A DNA stretch of 64,000 nt from an uncultured bacterium (GTDB taxonomy: Bacteria > Bacillota_I > Bacilli_A > RF39 > UBA660), in the NCBI GenBank assembly GCA_959020415.1, contig CAUERX010000002.1, positions 13,498-77,497 on the forward strand. The letters run 5' to 3'. How positions within the stretch are numbered: the stretch's first letter is position 1; each line of letters begins with the position of its first letter. Positions 43,842-54,288 of the stretch are shown here, one piece after another. The notes under the pieces are model-generated. The model saw only the letters and a list, made by a program, of their open reading frames with translations, did not search any database and had not been told where the DNA came from. The position numbers were made by a program, and so were the translations under genes.

Positions 43842-43852
43842 CTTTCATCTCC

Positions 43853-44050
43853 CTAATAAACTAGCAATCTAATTACTATTAAAGCTATTAATCCTGGTAA
43901 ACCAAGGATTGTAAGTATTAATACAGTTATTATATTTATTGGAATTATAGCGGCTGCGGGTACTAATATGTTATAACCATATAACATGAAAAAACCCATA
44001 AGTAGCCTTTTAAATGCACGTGTAATTTTTGATAGCATATTCCACCTCAA
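43853..44050 (-). CDS. small membrane protein (65 aa), position equivalent to yaaL/bofA of B. subtilis
   Basis: two TM helices; downstream of recR. Confidence 0.4.
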   Translation of the reverse strand: MRWNMLSKITRAFKRLLMGFFMLYGYNILVPAAAIIPINIITVLILTILGLPGLIALIVIRLLVY

Positions 44051-44075
44051 TAAATTATATAAAATTTATAATAAT

Positions 44076-44672
44076 TTATGAGATTTGACTACGCTCTGAT
44101 AATGCTATTTCTAAAGTTAATGGATCTATATAGTCAATATCAGCACCTATAGGGATTCCATGAGCAATTTTAGAAATTACGACATCTCTTCCTTCAAGTA
44201 TTTTTCGAATATATAAAGCGGTGGTTTCACCTTCAACTGTTGGTTTAACAGCAAGTATTATTTCTTTAATGTCTTCTTTTTCTATTCTCTTTAATAATGA
44301 AGCAATATTTATATCTTCAGGATTAATCCCATCTAATGGAGAAATTAATCCGCCAAGAACATGGTAAAGTCCATTATATGTTCCTATTTTTTCAAATAAA
44401 ACAATATTTTTACTTTCTTCAACAACACAAAGAACATTTGTATCACGACTTTCGTCTTTACAAATGTCACATTCGTTATCTTCTGAAAGATTACCACATT
44501 TTTCACATTTTTTTATTTTAGTTTTACTGTTTTCTAATGAAGTAGTAAATAACTGAATTGTTTCATCGTCCATGTTTAAACATGAAAGTGCTAAACGTTC
44601 GGCTGTTTTTTCGCCAATTCCTGGAAATTTTTTAAAACATTCAATTAAATTGGTAATTGTTCGTGGATACAT
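44076..44672 (-). CDS. recR: recombination protein RecR
   Basis: HhH FPGIGEKTAERLA, C4 zinc finger CEKCGNLSEDNECDIC, Toprim. Confidence 0.9.
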   Translation of the reverse strand: MYPRTITNLIECFKKFPGIGEKTAERLALSCLNMDDETIQLFTTSLENSKTKIKKCEKCGNLSEDNECDICKDESRDTNVLCVVEESKNIVLFEKIGTYNGLYHVLGGLISPLDGINPEDINIASLLKRIEKEDIKEIILAVKPTVEGETTALYIRKILEGRDVVISKIAHGIPIGADIDYIDPLTLEIALSERSQIS

Positions 44673-44969
44673 TTAAAATAATCCTGGCATTCCTTGAGTA
44701 TATTTACCCATTTTTTGTTCAGTCATTTCATCGACTTTTTTACTAGCTTCATTTACAGCGACTAAAATCATATCTTCAAGCATTTCTATTTCATCGCTTT
44801 CGATATTATTAGTATCAATTTTTACTTTTGTAAGTTTTTTATTTCCCTTCATTTCAACGGTGACAAATGATGATTTGCCTTCGAAGACAGAGTTATCGAT
44901 TTCCTCTTTTGCATTCATCATATCTTTTTGCATTTTTTGTGCTTGTTTCATCATAGCTTGTATATTCAT
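44673..44969 (-). CDS. nucleoid-associated protein YbaB/EbfC
   Basis: 98 aa; dnaX-ybaB-recR conserved triad. Confidence 0.85.
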   Translation of the reverse strand: MNIQAMMKQAQKMQKDMMNAKEEIDNSVFEGKSSFVTVEMKGNKKLTKVKIDTNNIESDEIEMLEDMILVAVNEASKKVDEMTEQKMGKYTQGMPGLF

Positions 44970-44983
44970 ATTATCTTCCTTTC

Positions 44984-46696
44984 CTAATTATATTCAATTA
45001 TATCTTTGAAAACGCTGAATTCACTTTTCTCGTCGTCTTCTTTAAATAGATCAGCTATATTTATTTTTTCTTCTTGATAAGTATATTCTTTTATTTTACT
45101 ATTAAATTCATTTTTTATAATTTCCCAGCTATCTACATCAGTAGCTATAGCTTTATATTTATTGTCTAAAGCTTTAGTTAAAACTTCTTCTATGTTTAAT
45201 ATATTTTCATTAAATAGGTTAGCCATTCGTTCATTTTTGTAAACAAAGATTAAATTTTTTTCACTGGCAGCTTTCAAAGTTCCATCTAAAACCATACCAG
45301 CATATTTACCGAAATCTGGATCAAGTAGAAAGTCATTTAACGAAAGTATCCTTTGTTTTATTGCCATAGCGACCTTTTTATTAAAATTTGCTAAAGTGTT
45401 ATTAATTCGAATTTCTTTTATTTCGTTTAATTTATCATAGTCTACTTGTTTGTTTTTGGGCGTTATTTCTTTTACTGTTTCAACTTTTTCGTCCTGAGAT
45501 TTTACTATTTCTATTTTGGTGCCCAATTCTGATGATTTAACATCTGTTTTCTTTTCTTTTGTATTTTCAGCAAGCTTAGGTATTGGTTCTTCTTTGGTTT
45601 CTTCTAATTTAACCTGTTTTTCACCAATTTCTGTTTTACCTAACATTTTAATAATTGCTAATTCGAGTAATAGTTTTGTATTGCTTGCTTGATGCATTTC
45701 TATTGTACAATCATTTAGTTTATCTATATAATCTAAAATCGTCTCGCTATTAATAATATTTACTAATTCGTTATAAATTTCAAAATTACTGTTAATAGTT
45801 TTGAAATATTCGGGTGCTTTTAAACAAAGAAGAATATTTCTCATAAAAGTAGTTATCTCTTCGGTTAATTTAACAAAATTCTTACCACTATCATTATAAA
45901 AATCTAACTTTTTAAAAATATTTTCTAAGTCGCCTTTTATTATTAAGTTTATAAAGAACTTCAAATCTTTTGGCGTTAACGTACCGTTAATATCATGTAT
46001 GTCTGTAGCAGTTATTTTAGATTCTGAATATGCCACGGCTTGATCTAGCATTCCAATTGAATCTCTCATCCCGCCATCAGATAAACGAGCTATTTCGTAT
46101 AAAGCAGATTCTTCTATATCAATGTTTTCGTTATTAGCAATTTCTGATAATCTTTTAACGATGTTATTTTCACTTATTTTTTTAAAATCTAAACGTTGAC
46201 ACCTTGATAATATTGTTTCAGGGATTTTATGAGGATCGGTTGTTGCTAAAACAAATATAATATGCGCTGGGGGTTCTTCTAAAGTTTTTAGCAGAGCATT
46301 AAAAGCTCCAGTTGTTAACATATGAACCTCATCGATAATATAAACTTTATATTTTCCATAGGATGGAACAAGATTAACCTTATTACGAAGTTCTCGAATT
46401 TCGTCAACTCCATTATTAGATGCTGCATCAATTTCAATAATATCACTATTATTGGGGACTGTACAACTAGTGCATTTTCCACAAGGATTGCCTTTTTCTA
46501 AACTTTCACAATTTACCATTTTAGCAAATATTTTAGCGACACTCGTCTTTCCAGTTCCTCTAGGTCCTGCAAATAGATAAGCATGATTAATTTTATTATT
46601 TAAAATAGAATTTTTAATTATTTTGACAATTGTATCTTGTCCACCAACTTCATCTAGGTTTTTTGGTCTATATTTTCTATACAATGCTTGATACAT
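44984..46696 (-). CDS. dnaX: DNA polymerase III subunits gamma/tau
   Basis: Walker A GPRGTGKTS, zinc module CGKCTSC, 570 aa. Confidence 0.9.
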   Translation of the reverse strand: MYQALYRKYRPKNLDEVGGQDTIVKIIKNSILNNKINHAYLFAGPRGTGKTSVAKIFAKMVNCESLEKGNPCGKCTSCTVPNNSDIIEIDAASNNGVDEIRELRNKVNLVPSYGKYKVYIIDEVHMLTTGAFNALLKTLEEPPAHIIFVLATTDPHKIPETILSRCQRLDFKKISENNIVKRLSEIANNENIDIEESALYEIARLSDGGMRDSIGMLDQAVAYSESKITATDIHDINGTLTPKDLKFFINLIIKGDLENIFKKLDFYNDSGKNFVKLTEEITTFMRNILLCLKAPEYFKTINSNFEIYNELVNIINSETILDYIDKLNDCTIEMHQASNTKLLLELAIIKMLGKTEIGEKQVKLEETKEEPIPKLAENTKEKKTDVKSSELGTKIEIVKSQDEKVETVKEITPKNKQVDYDKLNEIKEIRINNTLANFNKKVAMAIKQRILSLNDFLLDPDFGKYAGMVLDGTLKAASEKNLIFVYKNERMANLFNENILNIEEVLTKALDNKYKAIATDVDSWEIIKNEFNSKIKEYTYQEEKINIADLFKEDDEKSEFSVFKDIIEYN

Positions 46697-46762
46697 TTAA
46701 TCACCCTCTAAAACTATTATAATTATAACATTTATCCACAACAAAAGGAAATAACTTTACAC

Positions 46763-47167
46763 TTATTTCCTTTTATTTTCGAAAAACTTTTTTAATAATG
46801 TTTGGGACTCTTCTAGTCCTTCTTCCAATTTTTTAAATGTTGATTTTGAAATATTTTCTTTAAATCTAGGAGCAGCAAAAAATACTTTTTTTATACGTGC
46901 TTGTTCAATTGCTCCTTGACACATTTTACAAGGTTCTAGAGTAACATACATTTCACAATTGTTTAAATACCAATTTTGTTTCTTTTTGCAAGCTTTTTCC
47001 ACAGCATTTACTTCAGCATGTCTAGTTACTAATTTGGTTTTTTCTTTTGTATTATGTGCTTTGGCTATTACCTTACCATTTTCCACAATTATAGCTCCGA
47101 CAGGAACATCATCGGTTAATAAAGATTTTTGGGCTTCTTTAAAAGCCAATTTCATATATTTATTCAT
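46763..47167 (-). CDS. tadA: tRNA-specific adenosine deaminase
   Basis: HAEVNAV...PCKMC CDA zinc motif; start at MNKYMKLAFKEA. Confidence 0.85.
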   Translation of the reverse strand: MNKYMKLAFKEAQKSLLTDDVPVGAIIVENGKVIAKAHNTKEKTKLVTRHAEVNAVEKACKKKQNWYLNNCEMYVTLEPCKMCQGAIEQARIKKVFFAAPRFKENISKSTFKKLEEGLEESQTLLKKFFENKRK

Positions 47168-47184
47168 TTTATCACCTAAATAAA

Positions 47185-47259
47185 AGGTACACACGTTTAG
47201 TGACCCTTAAGGCTGCTGTCTTCCGACTCTGACCTGGTTCAGATATAAACGTTGTACCT
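47185..47259 (-). ncRNA. ffs: small (4.5S-type) signal recognition particle RNA
   Basis: minus-strand read AGGUACAACGUUUAUAUCUGAACCAGGUCAGAGUCGGAAGACAGCAGCCUUAAGGGUCACUAAACGUGUGUACCU; domain IV motif matches E. coli CCAGGUCAGGUCCGGAAGGAAGCAGCC; 14-bp closing helix; tadA-adjacent as B. subtilis scr. Confidence 0.8.
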
Positions 47260-47395
47260 AAATAATAATATAATATTTTAATAAAAAAAGCAACTGTAAT
47301 AATGTTTTATATGAAATATTATTTATATTTGTATATTTTGGTGATTAAAGTGAGTTTTTGTGGATTTAGTCGGGCTAAAAAATAACATATCTCAA

Positions 47396-47411
47396 GGTTT
47401 CACGTGAAACA
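47396..47411. promoter_or_regulatory. parS: parS site 1 (GGTTTCACGTGAAACA, 15/16 to TGTTNCACGTGAAACA)
   Basis: match to the B. subtilis ParB/Spo0J parS consensus. Confidence 0.7.
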
Positions 47412-47555
47412 TAGTTCAATCGTAATAAAACATAAATATGAATGTTAACAGTTTTTATTTATTCCGGCAAAGCTTATTCTATCATTTGGTAACGATATTT
47501 TCGTTACATTACGAAGATTATCCACATTTTTTATTATTTGAGTTAGTTTGTTTTA

Positions 47556-47571
47556 TGTTTCACGTGAAACA
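47556..47571. promoter_or_regulatory. parS: parS site 2 (TGTTTCACGTGAAACA, perfect palindrome)
   Basis: 16/16 to TGTTNCACGTGAAACA. Confidence 0.8.
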
Positions 47572-47845
47572 TTATATGTTTTTTTCTATTTTTTGATAGA
47601 TTATTTACTTAAAAAATATAAGATTGGAACTTTATTTTCTGAAAACAAAATATAATTTAAAGATGGTTTCACACAAAACATAAAATGATTTTAAATAAAA
47701 AATGTAAATTGCATAATACTTACACTACAGTTGTTAAAAATTTTCTTAAACTAATTTTGTTAAAACAGTCGCTCTCTTTCCCACACTTTTTTTTATTAAA
47801 AATACAGTTTTAAGTATTTAATTAGTTTAAAAGAGCTCCATATAA

Positions 47846-47861
47846 TGTTTCACGTGAAACA
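47846..47861. promoter_or_regulatory. parS: parS site 3 (TGTTTCACGTGAAACA, perfect)
   Basis: 16/16. Confidence 0.8.
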
Positions 47862-47942
47862 TTATAAATAGCAAATAACCGTATAGTCTATTTTCTATAC
47901 TTTCCGATGATTTTGGTGATTTATTAAATACTATATCTTAGA

Positions 47943-47958
47943 TGTTTCACGTGAAACT
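47943..47958. promoter_or_regulatory. parS: parS site 4 (TGTTTCACGTGAAACT, 15/16)
   Basis: one terminal mismatch. Confidence 0.7.
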
Positions 47959-47985
47959 ATAAACTATATAATTTTTGTACGTCAA

Positions 47986-48001
47986 TGTTTCACGTGAAAC
48001 A
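47986..48001. promoter_or_regulatory. parS: parS site 5 (TGTTTCACGTGAAACA, perfect)
   Basis: 16/16. Confidence 0.8.
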
Positions 48002-48034
48002 TAGCTGTAATTTTATCAGGTAAAAAAGATATAC

Positions 48035-50500
48035 CTATTTTGGTATATCCTCTTCGGTAGTAGTATCTAGTTCCTCTTCACCCTCTTCTTTGAATATTAG
48101 AGCCACATTACTAACCATTTGTTCTTCTTTTAGGTTTATTAATCTAACACCTTGAGCTACACGTCCTGTTGTTGACACTTGGGCAACAGATAATCTAATG
48201 ATCATTCCACTATTAGTAATTATCATTAAATCTTCATCACCATTGACTAATTTAAAGGCTACAATGTTACCATTTTTTTCAGTAATATTTAATCCTTTAA
48301 CTCCTTTGCTGCCTCTATGTGTCATTCGATATTCAGTAGCATTGGTACGTTTTCCATAACCTTTTTCTGTTACTACTAAAACTTCCTGACCTGGATTCGC
48401 AATTTCACAGCCTACACAGATTCCATCATCTAAATCTATTCCTTTAACCCCGGCAGCGGTTCTTCCCATGATTCTAATCTCTGTTTCATCAAATCTAATC
48501 ATACGACCGTTTGATGAAGCAATTATTATTTCATTGTTTCCTGTTGTTTTATCCACAGAAATTAATTCATCGTTTTCTTTTAATGATATAGCTATTTTCC
48601 CATTTGATCTGATATTTTCAAATTCTGATAAAATCGTTCTCTTAACAATACCATTTTGTGTACAGAAGACAATATTACCTTCTTTTTCTTCAGAATTTAT
48701 TTTAAGCATAGCTTTTACTGTTTCTTCTTTTTCTAGTGGTAGTAAGTTAACAATAGGTAACCCTTTAGATTGTCTACTGAATTCCGGCACTTCATATCCT
48801 TTAACACGATATACTTTACCTTTATTGGTAAAGAACATGATGTAGTCATGGGTAGTCATAGAAATTAAGTTTTCCACAAAATCTTCTTCGTTTGTGGCCA
48901 TTCCTTTTATTCCTACGCCTCCTCTATTCTGCGTTTTGTAGGTTTCGCTAAGCATGCGTTTAATATACCCTTTGTTTGTTAGTGTAATGACAATGTTTTC
49001 GATTGGTATTAATGATTCATCTTCAATATAGTCAATAGCTGTCATATCAATATTAGTTCTTCTATCATCACTATATTTATCTTTTATTTCTTGCAATTCT
49101 TCTTTAATAATACCTAACACCTTTTCTTCAGATGCTAATATTTCATTGTAATATTTAATTTTTTCTAATAAATCTTTTAATTCATCTTCGATTTTTGCTC
49201 TTTCTAGACCAGTTAATCTTCTTAACTTCATTTCTAGTATAGCTGTAGCTTGAGCCTCTGATAAATTAAATCTTGATATTAATTGAGCTTGGGCGTCTTC
49301 GTCGCCGTTAGCACCTTTTATAATTTTTATTATTTCATCAATATTATCTAAAGCTATTTTTAAGCCTTCCAAAATATGAACACGTTTTTCGGCTTTATTT
49401 AAATCAAATCTCGTTCTTCTAATTATTATTTCTTTTTGATAATCTATATATCTAGAAATTATATCTTTTAATCCTAATGTTTTTGGAACACCATTATCAA
49501 GCATTAATAATGTAATACCATAATTTGTTTGAAATCCAGTATGTTTATATAAATTATTTAAAACAATTTGCGCATTAGCATCTTTCTTTAAAGATATTGT
49601 TATCTTAATACCATTTTTTAGATCTGTATGGTAATCTGAAATTCCTTCAATAGTTTTATTATGAACTAATTCTGCTACTTTATTTTTTAAGTCAGAAGTA
49701 TTTGTTCCATATGGTACTTCATCAATTATTATATATTGGCGGCCATTTTTTTCTTCAATTGTCGCTTTACTTCTTAGTGTTATCGTTCCCTTACCTGTTT
49801 CATAGGCTTTTTTGATTCCACTATTACCTAAAATGGTAGCCCCTGTTGGAAAATCAGGTCCCTTTATATACTGCATTAATCCTACTGTATCAATATCTTG
49901 GTTATCAATATAAGCAATACATCCATCAATAACTTCACCTAAGTTATGTGGAGGAATATTAGTAGCCATACCAACAGCAATTCCCATGGTACCATTTACT
50001 AGGACGTTAGGAAATCTTGAAGGTAAAACGGTTGGCTCTTCTCTTGTTTCATCATAGTTTGTTTCAAAATCAACAGTATCTTTATTAATATCACGAAGTA
50101 ATTCTAAAGATATTTTTGATAAACGTGACTCTGTATAACGCATAGCAGCGGCTCCATAACCTTCAATATTACCAAAGTTTCCATGGCCATCTATTAGCAT
50201 ATAACGATAACTAAAATCTTGTGCCATACGCACCATGGCTTCATAAATACTTGAATCACCATGGGGATGGTAGTTACCCATTACTTCTCCGACAGTTTTT
50301 GCACTTTTTTTATGAGGCTTATCTGGCGTGTAACCTGATTCATACATCGAATATAAAATTCGGCGGTGAACTGGTTTTAATCCATCCCTTAAATCAGGCA
50401 AAGCACGTGCCATGATAACACTCATTGAATAATCTAAAAATGAACTTTCTATTTCATTTACTATGTTATTTTCTTCTAATCTATCTTTACTATGGTCCAT
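48035..50500 (-). CDS. gyrA: DNA gyrase subunit A
   Basis: 821 aa; active-site region AAMRYTE; acidic C-terminal tail. Confidence 0.95.
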   Translation of the reverse strand: MDHSKDRLEENNIVNEIESSFLDYSMSVIMARALPDLRDGLKPVHRRILYSMYESGYTPDKPHKKSAKTVGEVMGNYHPHGDSSIYEAMVRMAQDFSYRYMLIDGHGNFGNIEGYGAAAMRYTESRLSKISLELLRDINKDTVDFETNYDETREEPTVLPSRFPNVLVNGTMGIAVGMATNIPPHNLGEVIDGCIAYIDNQDIDTVGLMQYIKGPDFPTGATILGNSGIKKAYETGKGTITLRSKATIEEKNGRQYIIIDEVPYGTNTSDLKNKVAELVHNKTIEGISDYHTDLKNGIKITISLKKDANAQIVLNNLYKHTGFQTNYGITLLMLDNGVPKTLGLKDIISRYIDYQKEIIIRRTRFDLNKAEKRVHILEGLKIALDNIDEIIKIIKGANGDEDAQAQLISRFNLSEAQATAILEMKLRRLTGLERAKIEDELKDLLEKIKYYNEILASEEKVLGIIKEELQEIKDKYSDDRRTNIDMTAIDYIEDESLIPIENIVITLTNKGYIKRMLSETYKTQNRGGVGIKGMATNEEDFVENLISMTTHDYIMFFTNKGKVYRVKGYEVPEFSRQSKGLPIVNLLPLEKEETVKAMLKINSEEKEGNIVFCTQNGIVKRTILSEFENIRSNGKIAISLKENDELISVDKTTGNNEIIIASSNGRMIRFDETEIRIMGRTAAGVKGIDLDDGICVGCEIANPGQEVLVVTEKGYGKRTNATEYRMTHRGSKGVKGLNITEKNGNIVAFKLVNGDEDLMIITNSGMIIRLSVAQVSTTGRVAQGVRLINLKEEQMVSNVALIFKEEGEEELDTTTEEDIPK

Positions 50501-50510
50501 AATTCACCTC

Positions 50511-52436
50511 CTAAACGTCCAAATTCTGCGCATATGACGCGTTTTCTTCAATAAATTTTCTTCTTGGCTCTACTTCTTCGCCCATTAATTTTGAGAAAGA
50601 TTCATCTGCAGCGATAGCATCATCAACAGTTATCTTTCTTAAAATTCGACTATTAATATCCATGGTAGTTTCGTTTAACTCATCAGCATCCATTTCACCT
50701 AAACCTTTCATACGCATAATGTCGTATTTAGTGTTTGGGTTTAAAGAGGCTAAATAAGAATCTCTTTCTTCTTCATTTAAAACATATTTTATTGTTTTAC
50801 CATGTTTTATACAAAATAATGGAGGCTGTGCAGCATAAACATGCCCAGCTTCGACAATTGGTCTAAAGAAACGATAAAACAAAGTAAGTAATAAAACTCT
50901 TATGTGGGAGCCATCAACGTCGGCATCGGTCATAATAATAATTTTATGATATCTTAACTTTTTCAAATCAAAGTCTTCACCAATTCCTGTGCCGAAAGCT
51001 GTAATAATAGTTCTAATTTCTTCATTGCTTAAAGCACGATCCATTCTTGCTTTCTCAACATTTAAAATCTTACCTCTTAGGGGCAAAATTGCTTGGGTAA
51101 TCGAATTTCTTCCTTTAATTGCTGACCCTCCAGCCGAATCTCCCTCGACAAGGAATATTTCGCATTTTGCGGGATCTTTATCCTTACAATCAACTAGTTT
51201 TCCACCAAAATTTATAACATCTAGATCACTTTTTCTTCTTGTAAGTTCTCTGGCTTTTTTAGCAGCTACTCGTGCTCTGGCAGCAGTCATATTTTTCTCG
51301 ATAATTATTTTGGCTTCATCTGGATGTTCTAGTAAATAACGTTCAAAACCATCAGCAAATACATTATCAGCGATTTTTCTTACTTCCGAATTTCCTAATC
51401 TTCCTTTGGTTTGACCTTCAAATTGAGGATTTGGGTGTTTACAAGAAACGATCATTGTTAATCCTTCTTTAACATCTTCTCCACTTAATGAATCATCTTT
51501 TTCCTTTAATAAGTTAGTCTTTCTCGCATAACTATTAATAATTCTAGTTAAAGCACGCTTAACGCCTTCTTCGTGGGTTCCACCATCGTGAGTATTTATG
51601 TTATTAACAAATGAATAAATACTGTCCGTATAGCCTGTATTGTATTGTAAGGCAACTTCAAATATTACATCGTTTTCTTCACCTTCTAAATGAATTATTT
51701 CACTTTGAATTGGAGTTTTATTTTTATTTAAATATCTAACATATTCACTAATGCCGCCTTCATAGTGGAAGGTTTCACCTGTGGTATCCTCATCATCACG
51801 ATCGTCTCTTAAAGTAAGGCTTAATCCTTTATTAAGAAAAGCTAATTCGCGAGTTCTAACTTTTAATGTTTCATAATCATAAATATCAGTATCAAAAATT
51901 TCAGGATCCGGTTTGAAAGTAACTGTTGTTCCTGTTCTTTCTTCATTACATGTTCCAACTACAGTTAATTTTTGAACAGTTTTTCCACCATTTTCAAATT
52001 TTACTTCTTGAATTTTTCCATTTTTATAGACTGTAACAGTTACACTTTTTGATAAGGCATTTACAACTGAAGCTCCTACACCGTGTAATCCACCAGAGAC
52101 TTTATACCCGCCTCCGCCAAATTTTCCACCAGCATGAAGAACAGTGTATACTGTTTCCACTGTAGATAAACCTGTTTTAGGATGAATTCCCGTTGGTATT
52201 CCACGACCATTATCTTTTACAGTTATTGAATTATCTTTATTAATAACAATTTCAATGGCATCGCAATAGCCGGCTAAAGCTTCATCGATAGCATTATCGA
52301 CAATTTCCCATACTAAATGATGGAGTCCTTTAACATCGGTGGTTCCTATGTACATTCCTGGTCTTTTTCTTACGGCTTCTAATCCCTCTAGGACTTGAAT
52401 ATCCGTTTCATTATAATGTTCTTTGTTTTCTTCCAT
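50511..52436 (-). CDS. gyrB: DNA gyrase subunit B
   Basis: 641 aa; HATPase ([16 protein letters not shown]), Toprim ([11 protein letters not shown]). Confidence 0.95.
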   Translation of the reverse strand: MEENKEHYNETDIQVLEGLEAVRKRPGMYIGTTDVKGLHHLVWEIVDNAIDEALAGYCDAIEIVINKDNSITVKDNGRGIPTGIHPKTGLSTVETVYTVLHAGGKFGGGGYKVSGGLHGVGASVVNALSKSVTVTVYKNGKIQEVKFENGGKTVQKLTVVGTCNEERTGTTVTFKPDPEIFDTDIYDYETLKVRTRELAFLNKGLSLTLRDDRDDEDTTGETFHYEGGISEYVRYLNKNKTPIQSEIIHLEGEENDVIFEVALQYNTGYTDSIYSFVNNINTHDGGTHEEGVKRALTRIINSYARKTNLLKEKDDSLSGEDVKEGLTMIVSCKHPNPQFEGQTKGRLGNSEVRKIADNVFADGFERYLLEHPDEAKIIIEKNMTAARARVAAKKARELTRRKSDLDVINFGGKLVDCKDKDPAKCEIFLVEGDSAGGSAIKGRNSITQAILPLRGKILNVEKARMDRALSNEEIRTIITAFGTGIGEDFDLKKLRYHKIIIMTDADVDGSHIRVLLLTLFYRFFRPIVEAGHVYAAQPPLFCIKHGKTIKYVLNEEERDSYLASLNPNTKYDIMRMKGLGEMDADELNETTMDINSRILRKITVDDAIAADESFSKLMGEEVEPRRKFIEENASYAQNLDV

Positions 52437-53548
52437 TATCTCACCTCTTCTGTGATTTGTCCGCTTTCTATTTTAATTAGTTTGGCTTTATCGATTATCT
52501 TTTGTTCAATATTGCATAAATCAGTCGTAGTTATTATTACTTGCATATCATCATCGATAAATTTTAGTAAATTATTTTTTTTATCATTATCTAATTCACT
52601 AAAAACGTCATCTAATAAAATAATTGGACTTGTTTTCTTGTAATCTCTAAATATTTGAATTTCTGATAGTTTAAGCGCTAATACAGCAACTCGTTGTTGG
52701 CCTTGCGAACCATAATATCTTAAATTTTCATCATCTAAATAAAATTCAAAATCATCATGATGAGGGCCATAAAGAGTCGTTTTCTTTTTTATTTCACGCT
52801 CTAAATTCTCGTTAAGGGTCTTTAATAATTCAGTTCTTATAGTTTCTTTTTCATAATCTGCAAAATCAAGTGATGGTTTATATTTAATATGAAAACCATC
52901 TGCTGAAGCAATATCTTTATATATCTTTGGACAAATTTTATTCAATCTTTGAATATATTTTTCTCTCATTTGATAAATAAAGACACTTTTTTCCACAATA
53001 TAATCAGTTAAAACTTTAAAATAGGCTTCGTCTATTGGATCACCAAGACTTATCTGCTTTAAATAATCGTTGCGGATTTTTAATAATTTATTATAATCAT
53101 TTAAAGTATTATAATAATTTTGCGAGATTTGACTTAACTCAAGATTTAAATATTTTCGTCTTTCACTTGGAAATCCTTTAATTAAGTTTAAATCCTCAGA
53201 ATAAAAAATGATAATATTCATTTTTTCAATGTAGCCACCTATTTTAGTAACTGAATTATTATCAATCTTTACTTGTTTTTTTGTCTTATTTAAGATAATT
53301 TCAAGATTATAAGAAATTTCGTTTAGTATAGTTCCTTTGATGACAGCACATTCCTCACCACTTTTTATAAGATTCTTATCAATAAATGACCGATGGGACT
53401 TAGTAAAAGCTAAAACATAGATACTCTCCAAAAGATTTGTTTTACCTTGGCCATTATCGCCATAAATAATCGTGGTATTTTGATCTAACGAGATATCTAG
53501 GCTATCATAATTTCTAAAATTCTTGATATGTAAGTTTTTTAGGACCAT
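52436..53548 (-). CDS. recF: DNA replication and repair protein RecF
   Basis: Walker [10 protein letters not shown]; 370 aa. Confidence 0.9.
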   Translation of the reverse strand: MVLKNLHIKNFRNYDSLDISLDQNTTIIYGDNGQGKTNLLESIYVLAFTKSHRSFIDKNLIKSGEECAVIKGTILNEISYNLEIILNKTKKQVKIDNNSVTKIGGYIEKMNIIIFYSEDLNLIKGFPSERRKYLNLELSQISQNYYNTLNDYNKLLKIRNDYLKQISLGDPIDEAYFKVLTDYIVEKSVFIYQMREKYIQRLNKICPKIYKDIASADGFHIKYKPSLDFADYEKETIRTELLKTLNENLEREIKKKTTLYGPHHDDFEFYLDDENLRYYGSQGQQRVAVLALKLSEIQIFRDYKKTSPIILLDDVFSELDNDKKNNLLKFIDDDMQVIITTTDLCNIEQKIIDKAKLIKIESGQITEEVR

Positions 53549-53672
53549 GATTTTCCTCTTTTCAATTTTGATGAGCCTTATTTCAAAAAAGTAGTTTTTG
53601 TAGTACTCCTATACTCCATATTCATTATACCACAAAATAAGCCTTTTTAATCAAAAAATAAGCTTTAGTGGC

Positions 53673-54131
53673 TTATTTTTGGTTCTTTTGGCGATTTCGT
53701 AAAATTAGTAATAATTTGGTTGATCTAAATATTTGACTTTCAAAGGCATCAAAAGATAATGGAAACATTCTTTCTTCGCCACCGCTAAATTTTACTAAAA
53801 CATTATTATCAACGCCTTCATACGAACTAATATGCTTAATAGCTATCCAGCAGCAGTCATCTAATAATGGTGACATAGTTGGAAAAAATATTAATTCATT
53901 ACTTCCCTCTACGATTATCGGTAGTTTATAACACATTCCTAATAGTTTTTTGCTACCTTTGGTCCGACCTTCTAAAGTGCTGCCATAGTATTCACAACTT
54001 TCTCTTAAAATTTTAGATACTGATTTATTTACTACAAAATGTCTCCTTTCCTCTATTATTTCTGTTTTAGAGCCTTCTTTAGCTATTAAAGCACAAGTAG
54101 CATTAGTTATCTCATAGAAGTCTTCTTTCAC
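53673..54131 (-). CDS. comK: ComK-family competence transcription factor homologue
   Basis: aligns by eye with B. subtilis ComK: YEITNATCALIA/YEVNGATIAVLP, ELIFFPTMSP/QIFLFPTLSS, CCWIAIKHI/CGWISHVHV, SFDAFESQIFRS/SYNSFENQVYRT. Confidence 0.65.
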   Translation of the reverse strand: MKEDFYEITNATCALIAKEGSKTEIIEERRHFVVNKSVSKILRESCEYYGSTLEGRTKGSKKLLGMCYKLPIIVEGSNELIFFPTMSPLLDDCCWIAIKHISSYEGVDNNVLVKFSGGEERMFPLSFDAFESQIFRSTKLLLILRNRQKNQK

Positions 54132-54288
54132 TGGCTCTCCTCCTTCTAATCGATAATAATCGATGTGTCTCTTATACTCTTTTTAGTTGTCGATTTTTAT
54201 CAATATTTGTCGGAAAGTTAATTTTTTTGTAAAAAAATATTAATTTTATGGTAATGCTAGTCAATTTAGACTTGAAAAAAAGAACTTT

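Noticed and set aside
47270-48034. The TTTCACGTGAAA repeats as a CRISPR array, or as CcpA (cre), Rex or CodY operator sites
   Set aside because: Spacers between copies are unequal (30-280 bp) and not CRISPR-like. The 16-mer matches the ParB parS consensus exactly, and does not match cre (TGWAANCGNTNWCA), Rex (TTGTGAA-N4-TTCACAA) or CodY (AATTTTCWGAAAATT)
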